From the NCBI GenBank assembly GCA_016205145.1, contig JACQJH010000001.1, positions 510,001-542,000 on the forward strand: DNA of 32,000 nt. The letters run 5' to 3'. A program made the position numbers and the translations under genes. Every line of letters starts with the position of its first letter. Position 1 is the first letter of the stretch. Below, one piece after another: positions 1 to 7,160 of this stretch. Below the pieces are notes generated by a model. That model did no database searches and had not been told where the DNA came from. It was given only the letters and a program-made list of their open reading frames with translations. The DNA comes from Candidatus Iainarchaeum sp. (lineage in GTDB: Archaea > Iainarchaeota > Iainarchaeia > Iainarchaeales > JACQJH01).

Positions 1-597
1 ATGCTTACTGGCTTTTGGGTGCAATCCAAGACCAGAAGGAAGGCAAGCATGTCTTCGACCAGATTTAAAGGCGGGCAAAGCCTACATGCTTTTTTCGCAA
101 ACCATTTGCCTTCAACCCGCAACGCCCTGCCCCGCAAACGGTTAAGGCATTGCCAGCAAGGGAGTTTAGTAGAAAAGCCCCGCATTTGCCTTCAAGCCAA
201 GCAGGAGCGCGGGCGCAAAAGCCTTGCAGTTGAAATTAAGCCATGCCAACAAAAGATTAACCATGCTGGCTGCGCGTCCATAAAATCATTTGCGAAAATC
301 GCAAGCCAAAAGGGCAGGAGTTGTGAGGCCATTTCTCATTAAGGCCTTAACACTTTTGAAAAGCGTTGACGAATACAAGCCCTTTCCCGAAAACCCTTTC
401 GACTATTCCAGCCAGCCCCTTGTGCAGAAAAGCCCCACAGAAGGCTTCAAGGCTTTCCACTTCACCGGCGAAAAATGCCTAAAGAATAGTTCAACATATG
501 CAGCAAAAACATTGCGCTTTTGAAAAGTGTTTGCCTTTCAATCAAAAGCCTTCAACGCTTCTCTAAAGGGTCAATTGTTTTTCATTCATTTCTCGTT

Positions 598-1446
598 TTA
601 TTGGAGTTGCACTTCAATTGGAATTGCTATTTCTGGAGTGCCACAAATAATAGAATATGGCGTCACTGAGTTGTCAACTTGTCCAACACAAATGGTAACT
701 GAGCCTGCTTCATTCTGGCTTGTAGAGCCATAACTCGAATAAGCTATTTTTAGTACAGTGCTTTGTTTTGGTCTTAAATTATATAACTCATCTTCGAACC
801 CTATAATACCAACGTTATGCGATGTGCTATTAATTGACGTTCTAATGCCCTGCACCTCAAAATCAGAATCGTTTGTTATTGTAAGTGTTTTTTCATCCTT
901 ATAGACCGTTTCTTTGATACTTGGTTCGTTTGGATAAACCGGCATGCTTTTCGGAGTCAAATCAATTTTTTTCGGGGCGACTTCCAGTTTTATTTCTGGC
1001 GGTGGAATTTGGAATGTTTTGCAGTCGGATGAATTAGACACGCAATAACGGATAGGGGAAATTTCTAGAGACTCTGATTGCAACAGTATGCCAATGAGAG
1101 AAGCTGAACAAACACTTTGTGGTTCACAAGAAATAGTGGTTGGCAAAGAGTCCACCGCGCTAATGCTATCATAATATATATTTAGCTCAATAGCTTTACC
1201 TTCATTTGACTTATTTTCAAATTTTACCTCTGCTGTTCCAATGGGTCTTATATCTTGTTTTGCGCCTATCGCCGCCATATCAATTGGATAGATAGATTTC
1301 CAGTTTGCCCCTTTAAATTCAATCGAGTCTATTTTAGGTTGGGCTTGTTGGATACAGCCGGTTAAAAAAATTCCTGTCAAAAAGACTGCAATCAAGATTA
1401 GCAAAATATTCCGGCCAGGTCCTAATTTTTCCCAATTATTGTTCAT
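598..1446 (-). CDS. Putative lipoprotein / secreted Cys-containing envelope protein, no family recognised
   Basis: 282-aa ORF. The N-terminal hydrophobic stretch ILLILIAVFLTGIFLTGC ends in a lipobox-like LTGC. The remainder is Ser/Thr/Asn-rich, looks beta-rich and has six more Cys. It lies in the low-GC island. Confidence 0.6.
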   Translation of the reverse strand: MNNNWEKLGPGRNILLILIAVFLTGIFLTGCIQQAQPKIDSIEFKGANWKSIYPIDMAAIGAKQDIRPIGTAEVKFENKSNEGKAIELNIYYDSISAVDSLPTTISCEPQSVCSASLIGILLQSESLEISPIRYCVSNSSDCKTFQIPPPEIKLEVAPKKIDLTPKSMPVYPNEPSIKETVYKDEKTLTITNDSDFEVQGIRTSINSTSHNVGIIGFEDELYNLRPKQSTVLKIAYSSYGSTSQNEAGSVTICVGQVDNSVTPYSIICGTPEIAIPIEVQLQ

Positions 1447-1473
1447 TATACCACACTCTTATTGTCAAAACCC

Positions 1474-1500
1474 AGTATAAATATGTTACGTTACTGTTAC
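1474..1500 (+). promoter_or_regulatory. TATA-like box (agtataaata) followed by three tandem GTTAC units; candidate promoter/operator of the wHTH gene
   Basis: gttacgttactgttac at 1485-1500 sits directly after a TATAAATA box, in the 89-nt divergent intergenic region between ORFs 598-1446(-) and 1536-1784(+). Confidence 0.3.
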
Positions 1501-1535
1501 TCTGGCTTTAATTTAGGGGTTCAGTCACTAATTCT

Positions 1536-1784
1536 ATGTCTGAGTATGACCTGTTGGCGCAGATTAGGCGCGGCAAGATTAAACCCCAAATCCTTAAGCT
1601 TTTACAAGAACCAAAAACGCCAACAGACTTGAAAAAGATTATCGGAGCCCATAGAGAAACAATCAGCAGAGCAATACTCGAAATGGAAGAAAAAGGCCTA
1701 GTAACTTGTCTGAACCCAAAACAACCAAACTTTAGGTACTATCAAATTACAAACAAAGGAAAAAACCTATTGAAGAAAGTATGA
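1536..1784 (+). CDS. Small winged helix-turn-helix DNA-binding protein (ArsR/MarR-like)
   Basis: 82 aa. The segment KTPTDLKKIIGAHRETISRAILEMEEKGLV followed by NFRYYQITNKG fits an HTH plus beta-wing layout. ATG start. Confidence 0.65.
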   Translation: MSEYDLLAQIRRGKIKPQILKLLQEPKTPTDLKKIIGAHRETISRAILEMEEKGLVTCLNPKQPNFRYYQITNKGKNLLKKV

Positions 1785-1802
1785 GAATTTCTTATTTGCA
1801 CC

Positions 1803-2756
1803 CTAGTTAAGTAATTTTTCGCATTCTGCACTTGATTCACGCCATATACAAAATGTTACTTCTTTTTCTAGGGGGTATGACTGTTCTGTGCAATTTTCAC
1901 AATAGAGGGATACATTTAATTTGTGTAAGCCCACGGGGACGTTTTCTGGGTTACACTTTTGTTTATGTGCCCCGTCTGGCCTCTCGCTGCAGGCATTGAA
2001 TGAAATTTTCATATCTCTTTTTGTGCTTTCTAATCCGCTTAGGTTTTGGATAGTACTTTCTAGTATTTGTGGCCAGAAAATGCTATTTACGCCATTGCTG
2101 TCCTTCTCATTTGCAAGCATAGTAATTATTCCGGTATCTGTAATACCAAGATTTTGCAGTTTAAGTTTTAACCAACCGCCCGAGATTTGTTTATAATTCC
2201 CATTTTCATCAGTTTCAAATTTTGCTATTTCGCTGGCACTAAAAAATAAATCTGTTTTTTCGTCACCAAAACTTGTTTGCAAGTATGGAATGATATGTGG
2301 CGTTCTATCTAAAGTTGTGGCTAAAAGCCGTGTTTGATTCGACATCTCTTCAACTGTTTTCTTGTTTTCATTTAAAAAAGAGGCATTGAAGTATGCGCCC
2401 ACGAGAAGCGCGGCTAGAGTTATTACTGCAACTACTTTTGAAATATTTAAAGAAAAATTCGCAATCTTTGAATTTTCTTCTGCTTTGTCAGCTAGTTTTT
2501 TTGCCGATTCTGCAATTTGTTTTGTTTCTTCCACCATACTTTTTGTTGCAGCTATATTTCTATCTTGTCTTTCTAGTGAGTGCCAAAATTTTCTTTTATT
2601 ATCTTCGGCTTTGAAAGGCTCAGCCCTGCTATCTGTGAGTTTGTAGGCAAAACGAACAACTAATTCGACTTCTTCGTCTGTGCAATCGGACATGTTTCTT
2701 TTGCCAGTCACTACACTGTTAGCAATCTCAATAGCTCTGTTTTCGTCACTGAGCAT
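1803..2756 (-). CDS. Bitopic membrane protein: charged helical cytoplasmic N-domain, one TM, ectodomain with a C-terminal six-Cys module
   Basis: ORF 1803-2765. The first ATG is at 2756 (MLSDEN...). The TM segment is VVAVITLAALLVGAYF. The KQIAESAKKLADKAEENSK stretch looks like coiled coil. The C-terminus has C at NAC, KC, YC, NC, FC and EC. It starts 14 nt downstream of the preceding ORF. Confidence 0.6.
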   Translation of the reverse strand: MLSDENRAIEIANSVVTGKRNMSDCTDEEVELVVRFAYKLTDSRAEPFKAEDNKRKFWHSLERQDRNIAATKSMVEETKQIAESAKKLADKAEENSKIANFSLNISKVVAVITLAALLVGAYFNASFLNENKKTVEEMSNQTRLLATTLDRTPHIIPYLQTSFGDEKTDLFFSASEIAKFETDENGNYKQISGGWLKLKLQNLGITDTGIITMLANEKDSNGVNSIFWPQILESTIQNLSGLESTKRDMKISFNACSERPDGAHKQKCNPENVPVGLHKLNVSLYCENCTEQSYPLEKEVTFCIWRESSAECEKLLN

Positions 2757-2770
2757 AAAAATCAATTAAA

Positions 2771-3331
2771 CTATGTTAAATCAAGTAAGTCCGTTTTGTT
2801 AGCAAGGTTGAGTAGGCCAGTGGAAAAAACCCAAGACGCAATCGCTAATGTGCCAAGTCCTGCCACTGCCAATATAACTTTGGCGATAAAAATTACTTGT
2901 GCTACAATAACCTGATTACTAAACAGCAACATTAATTTTACTAGAGGACTTTGATTAAACTCAGTTGTCGATAAATAAATTGTAGCATTAAAAAAAATTA
3001 ATCCGAAAATAAAAAGAATGGTGGAAGTAAAAAAGTTTTTTCCAGATTCTGTCGCAATTGTCTTTTGTTTTTTTTCATTCACTGCTCTGCTAAATTCAAA
3101 ACTTAGGAGGCTAAATGTTGTTGAAACAACAATTGCTGCTTCCCATAGCACGAAATATTCGGCAAATTCGTTCAATCTATTTATGTCTGGAATTAATCTA
3201 AGGATAAACGCAAATATTGCCAACGTAACTAAGCCGGCAATCATAACTGCCGACAATTTAATGGCAATTTTTATAATTTTGTTTATTTTTTTCTTAATAT
3301 TGGACTTGTCGAACTTTTTCAATAAAAACAC
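2771..3331 (-). CDS. Polytopic (about 4 TM) membrane protein, no family recognised
   Basis: 186-aa ORF with four long hydrophobic segments and a Lys-rich N-terminus. The start is GTG at 3331; an alternative ATG lies at 3244. Confidence 0.55.
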   Translation of the reverse strand: MFLLKKFDKSNIKKKINKIIKIAIKLSAVMIAGLVTLAIFAFILRLIPDINRLNEFAEYFVLWEAAIVVSTTFSLLSFEFSRAVNEKKQKTIATESGKNFFTSTILFIFGLIFFNATIYLSTTEFNQSPLVKLMLLFSNQVIVAQVIFIAKVILAVAGLGTLAIASWVFSTGLLNLANKTDLLDLT

Positions 3332-3377
3332 CTATTAATTTGGTTGAAATTTACGATTCAAATACGAAAATCAACAA

Positions 3378-4115
3378 TTATACTTTCAAAATGTATTGTT
3401 TATCCTTCTTTGTCCAGCGGCCTTTTAGGATTATTGGGTGCGCTCCTTTTTCGACATATTTGCCAGAATAATAGTTTAAATCTGCGCTTTCTCCAACGTC
3501 TAAAATTGCTACAATCAAGTCAGGATAAAAGTTTGTATATTCTTCTATTTGTGCCATTAGATTTCGCAAAACATTGTTGTTTTTTGCTATTTTGACTTCA
3601 ATGCCAATTCTTCTGTTTATGACCATGTCTATTTTTTCGCCATGCTCTAATGGCACTTCAGGTTCAACCTGCCAATGCGGTTTGCTTGCTTTTAACAATG
3701 TTTCCAAAACAAATGACAATTCCCGTTCATTTTGAAAAATTCTATCAGACTCAAATTTTTTTAATATCCCAAGTATTTCTAACACTTCTGAATCAATTGG
3801 TGTTTTTCTTTTGTAAACCCACAAATTAGCCCATTTATCAATACGCTCCATATCGGCCATAAGTCCTTTGAAAAAAGACACTGTTGGTATTGATAATAGG
3901 AATAATCCTAAAAGCAAGCTCAATAGGCTACTAACAAAATCTGTTTTGAACCCACCCCAACCAAAAATTCCAGCTAAACCCAAAAATACCGATATGACAC
4001 CAATAGCTAGTAAAACAACAAAAAGTTCTGTTTTGGTTATCTTTTTTTGTCGTTTTGAGGGTGTGTTATTCCATGTATTTTTAGGCCTGCGCGCAAATGA
4101 TTTGAACCTGCCCAT
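3378..4115 (-). CDS. Membrane-tethered PD-(D/E)xK (RecB/Cas4-like) nuclease-fold protein
   Basis: 245 aa. It has a basic N-terminus and two TM helices. The soluble domain then carries the ordered motifs NERELSFVLE, GEKIDMVI (D163), IGIEVK (E173-x-K175) and QIEEY (Q189-x3-Y193). A BRE/TATA-like box at 4138-4152 ends 22 nt upstream of the ATG. Confidence 0.6.
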   Translation of the reverse strand: MGRFKSFARRPKNTWNNTPSKRQKKITKTELFVVLLAIGVISVFLGLAGIFGWGGFKTDFVSSLLSLLLGLFLLSIPTVSFFKGLMADMERIDKWANLWVYKRKTPIDSEVLEILGILKKFESDRIFQNERELSFVLETLLKASKPHWQVEPEVPLEHGEKIDMVINRRIGIEVKIAKNNNVLRNLMAQIEEYTNFYPDLIVAILDVGESADLNYYSGKYVEKGAHPIILKGRWTKKDKQYILKV

Positions 4116-4137
4116 CTGCCAAAATTATGTCCTTCTA

Positions 4138-4152
4138 GTTAAAAAGTTTTTC
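4138..4152 (-). promoter_or_regulatory. BRE/TATA-like promoter box (minus strand reads GAAAAACTTTTTAAC)
   Basis: It ends 22 nt upstream of the ATG at 4115. The identical 15-mer occurs at 14641-14655, upstream of the GT2 gene. Confidence 0.45.
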
Positions 4153-4221
4153 GGCATTATTGGCTGTGGCTTTAAAGTTGTAGGTTGCATTTGAGCATTT
4201 AACAATTCAGTACAAGCAGAG

Positions 4222-4365
4222 TTAAAGTTCTCGCAATTCATAGTTTCCGGTCTTGTTTAAAACCCATTCTAGCTTTTGTCCGGCTTGCCAGCCTTTGGCC
4301 TTGACAAGCGGTGGCGCGATTGTGAGAACAAACGCCCCGCTTTGGTGTTGTTGGAGTTTTGGCAT
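4222..4365 (-). CDS. Small AbrB/SpoVT-like (swapped-hairpin) DNA-binding protein; not in the supplied ORF track because it is under 60 aa
   Basis: Hand translation gives MPKLQQHQSGAFVLTIAPPLVKAKGWQAGQKLEWVLNKTGNYELREL (47 aa, stop TAA at 4222-4224). The TIAPPLVKAKGWQAGQKLEW stretch resembles the AbrB/MazE motif (T-I-P-x-x-h-x-x-x-h-G-h-x-x-G-D/Q-x-h). A TATA-like aatataaag lies about 20 nt upstream of the ATG on the minus strand. Confidence 0.4.
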   Translation of the reverse strand: MPKLQQHQSGAFVLTIAPPLVKAKGWQAGQKLEWVLNKTGNYELREL

Positions 4366-4545
4366 TTCGGTTCACCAAAAAAACTTTATATTAGTATTGA
4401 CATTATATAAGATATAAAAGCAGGGGTTATAACGTAGAATTGTAATCAATCAGAACGCATTTTTTTATTTCGGCTACCCCGCATCATAATCTGATTCGTC
4501 ACTTGTGCATGGTCGTATTTTCTCTGGTTAATTTTTTTGGCGGCC

Positions 4546-4569
4546 AAAAGTTCTACGCGTAGAACTTTT
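4546..4569. promoter_or_regulatory. Perfect 24-bp palindrome AAAAGTTCTACG/CGTAGAACTTTT; candidate DtxR/MntR-type operator overlapping the mntR promoter
   Basis: I read it directly and both arms are exact reverse complements. The right arm runs into a TATA-like CTTTTTAAGC (4565-4574) that ends 22 nt upstream of the mntR ATG at 4597. Confidence 0.5.
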
Positions 4570-4596
4570 TAAGCTTATCTGTGTTCATAGTGCTTT

Positions 4597-4995
4597 ATGG
4601 TTAACCAATCCAGGCTGGATTATGTCCGGGCGATTTTCATTTTGTCCGGCAGGCTGGGCGAGGTTCGCGGCAAGGGCCTGTCGGAATACCTTGGCGTGAG
4701 CAAGAACACTGTTTCGACAATGCTGAAGCGCTTGAGGGCGCAGAAGCTTGTTTTGTATGAAGAGTATGGCGCGGTTTCATTGACAAAGAAGGGCGAGCGG
4801 CTGGCGAAAGACCTTACCGCAAGGCACAGGCTCATAGAGCTTTTTCTTACCAGGGTTCTCAAGCGCAATCCCAAGACAGTGCATGGCGAGGCCGACCTTT
4901 TGGAGCACGCTTTTTCCGAGCAGAGTTTGAAGTCGATGCGAAAGCTTTTGGGCAATCCCAAGTTTGACCCTCACGGGAAAACAATTTTCGTTTGA
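4597..4995 (+). CDS. mntR: DtxR/MntR-family metal-dependent transcriptional repressor (two-domain form, no SH3-like C-domain)
   Basis: 132 aa. It shows a DtxR-type N-terminal wHTH (LSEYLGVSKNTVSTMLKRLRAQKLV), a dimerisation/metal helix (ARHRLIELFL) and HGEADLLEH...DPHG metal-ligand-like residues. It lies directly upstream of an NRAMP gene. Confidence 0.85.
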   Translation: MVNQSRLDYVRAIFILSGRLGEVRGKGLSEYLGVSKNTVSTMLKRLRAQKLVLYEEYGAVSLTKKGERLAKDLTARHRLIELFLTRVLKRNPKTVHGEADLLEHAFSEQSLKSMRKLLGNPKFDPHGKTIFV

Positions 4996-5007
4996 GGCTG
5001 ATTTTGG

Positions 5008-6303
5008 ATGGTTTTACAACGCCTAAACAGGTTTACAGAGGCCTTGGGCAGGGTTTTGTCGAAGTTTCGCGTGTTCTCGGATCCGAAATTTTGGGCGTTT
5101 TTCGGCACCGGCCTGATTGTCAGCGTCGCGTACATGGATCCGGGCAATTGGGGAACCTCGATTGCGGCCGGCTCGGTTTACAATTACAGCCTGCTTTGGG
5201 CTATCTGGCTTGCAAGTGGAATGGCAATGCTTTTCCAGTATTTGTCCGGAAAAATGGGGATTGCAGGCTATTCTCTTGCCGAAGTCATTCATCTGCGCTG
5301 GAAAAACAGGTCGCTTGTGCTTGTTTATTGGCTGCTTGCAGAAGCCGCCATTCTTGCAACCGATCTTGCTGAGTTTTTGGGAATCGTCGTTGCACTAAAC
5401 CTTCTGTTCGGCGTGCCCTTGCTTTTAGGCGCGTTCATAGCAATGCTTGACGTCCTGTTGCTTTTGTTCCTTGCCTCCAAGAGCTTTCGCGCAATCGAAT
5501 ATGCTTTCATTCTTTTCGTTTCCACCATAGGCGTGGGCTATGTTTATGAAATTTTCATCACAAAACCGGACTTGCCCTCCATTTTGGTGCATTCTGTTGT
5601 CCCCGTCCTCAGCCCGGCAATGGTTTTGTTTGTCGTCGGCATTGTCGGCGCGACTGTGATGCCGCACGCGCTTTTCGTGCATTCCTGGCTCATCAAGAAC
5701 AAGATGAAGGAAAACAACGGCAAAATTGACGTAAAGACCGCCTTGTCCTACCACAAAGCCGACACAATTCTTTCCCTGCTTGTCGCCGGCCTAATCAATG
5801 CTGCAATCCTGATAATGGCTGCGGCGGCGTTTTACGGCCTGGCTTCAGGCATAGCAACGATTGATGCGGCATACCGCACGCTTACACCGCTTTTTGGTCC
5901 GCTCGCCTCAACTGTTTTTGCGGTCGCCTTGCTTTCGGCCGGCATCTCATCCTCGATAACCGGCACGCTGGCGGGGCAGAGCATAATGGAGGGCCTCACT
6001 GATTTCAAGCTCAGTCCCACTGTCAGGCGCCTGATAACAAGGGTAATAAACCTCGTTCCGTTGCTCATTGCCATTCTGCTGAACATCGAGCCGCTCCAGA
6101 TCCTGGTTTACAGCCAGGTCGTGTTAAGCATGCTCATTCCCCTTCCCCTGATTCCGCTCATATACTACACCGCGGACAAAAAGCTTATGGGCGGCCTTGT
6201 GAACAAAAAAGCAACGACTGTTGCGGCGGCAATCTTCGCTTTGCTCATTGTCGCCTTGAACGCTTATCTGCTCTACCAGACGCTTGCGCCGGGATTGGTT
6301 TAA
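5008..6303 (+). CDS. mntH: NRAMP-family divalent metal (Mn2+/Fe2+) transporter
   Basis: 431 aa and polytopic. It has the signature DPGN motif (AYMDPGNWGTSIAAGS) and a MPHALFVHS motif. Confidence 0.9.
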   Translation: MVLQRLNRFTEALGRVLSKFRVFSDPKFWAFFGTGLIVSVAYMDPGNWGTSIAAGSVYNYSLLWAIWLASGMAMLFQYLSGKMGIAGYSLAEVIHLRWKNRSLVLVYWLLAEAAILATDLAEFLGIVVALNLLFGVPLLLGAFIAMLDVLLLLFLASKSFRAIEYAFILFVSTIGVGYVYEIFITKPDLPSILVHSVVPVLSPAMVLFVVGIVGATVMPHALFVHSWLIKNKMKENNGKIDVKTALSYHKADTILSLLVAGLINAAILIMAAAAFYGLASGIATIDAAYRTLTPLFGPLASTVFAVALLSAGISSSITGTLAGQSIMEGLTDFKLSPTVRRLITRVINLVPLLIAILLNIEPLQILVYSQVVLSMLIPLPLIPLIYYTADKKLMGGLVNKKATTVAAAIFALLIVALNAYLLYQTLAPGLV

Positions 6304-6362
6304 AGGCATTGCTTGCCTGCCAAGCCAACTTTTAATTAGTGCTTTTGCATTACATTGTTTTA

Positions 6363-7145
6363 ATGCCTGACGCTGATTTTGTCGTTGACCTTGCCGGCCT
6401 GAGGCGGCTTTTCCGCGCGCGCGGCTTCAGGTTCAAAGATGGTTTTTGGGTCAACGATGGGACTGGCGCAAGGGCCGGTTTCGATGGAAAATCAAGGGCT
6501 TTGAAAAGCTTTGTTTTTTTTGACCCGGATGGCAGAAAATTTTTTGGCAGGAGCGCATTGGAACTTCTTGGCGTGCACCACCATGACATTATTCACACGT
6601 TAAAGTCCCATGAGAATGTACAAACCGGGCGCGGGGAGCTTTTGGTTGAAAATCATTCCGGAGGATTTCTTCTCGTTCCGGTTGATGGCTTGTGGGGCAT
6701 ACGGCGGAAATCGCGTTACAGCGCAGATCTGGGGTTTGATGTTGTGGCCAAAGCCACTGCGCATAACGCCAATCCTGTTTATTTTGCCGGCAACACGGGG
6801 TTGCTTGCATCTGGCGAATATGAATTTGAAAAAATATTTTTTTCGCCAGCCGGAACCGATTCCGGGCCGCGGCTTGAAATCGTTTTGTCCTATCGGCATC
6901 AAAGGTCTTTTGATCCTGAAAGGGCGCCCATGCAGAAAATCCCTTTGCGTTTTATTTTTGACGGAAGACTCTGGAAACCGGGTGGCAGGGAAACAGCGGA
7001 TTTCCTGCAAACGCACAAGGCTGTCCTCAAGCGCATTAACCGGAATTTTTCTGTCGACCGGTCGCCCGGCTGGAGAATCGCTTTCAGGGCGCCGGAAAGG
7101 CACGGCATCGCAAAACTGTTCGGGCGGGTTTCAAGAAGGCGCTGA
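6363..7145 (+). CDS. Hypothetical protein, no family recognised
   Basis: The ORF is open from 6339. The ATG at 6363 lies 25 nt after a TATA-like ACTTTTAATT (6328-6337). The product is Arg/Gly/Phe-rich with a basic C-terminus (RVSRRR). Overlapping shadow ORFs exist, so coding status is not certain. Confidence 0.45.
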   Translation: MPDADFVVDLAGLRRLFRARGFRFKDGFWVNDGTGARAGFDGKSRALKSFVFFDPDGRKFFGRSALELLGVHHHDIIHTLKSHENVQTGRGELLVENHSGGFLLVPVDGLWGIRRKSRYSADLGFDVVAKATAHNANPVYFAGNTGLLASGEYEFEKIFFSPAGTDSGPRLEIVLSYRHQRSFDPERAPMQKIPLRFIFDGRLWKPGGRETADFLQTHKAVLKRINRNFSVDRSPGWRIAFRAPERHGIAKLFGRVSRRR

Positions 7146-7160
7146 ATTATTTTAGTGTTA

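Noticed and set aside
1-523. ORFs 1-342 (113 aa) and 290-523 (77 aa) as protein-coding genes
   Set aside because: Their composition is junk-like (Lys/Arg/Gln/Cys runs), no motif is recognisable, and ORF 290 starts at a TTG. The region is better described as repeat-rich non-coding sequence. I cannot fully exclude a small protein.
540-4225. Direct repeats (att sites) or inverted repeats flanking the AT-rich island
   Set aside because: I saw only weak similarities (for example tctaaagg versus tttaaagt), nothing beyond chance by eye. There is no integrase or transposase gene, so I do not call it a defined mobile element.
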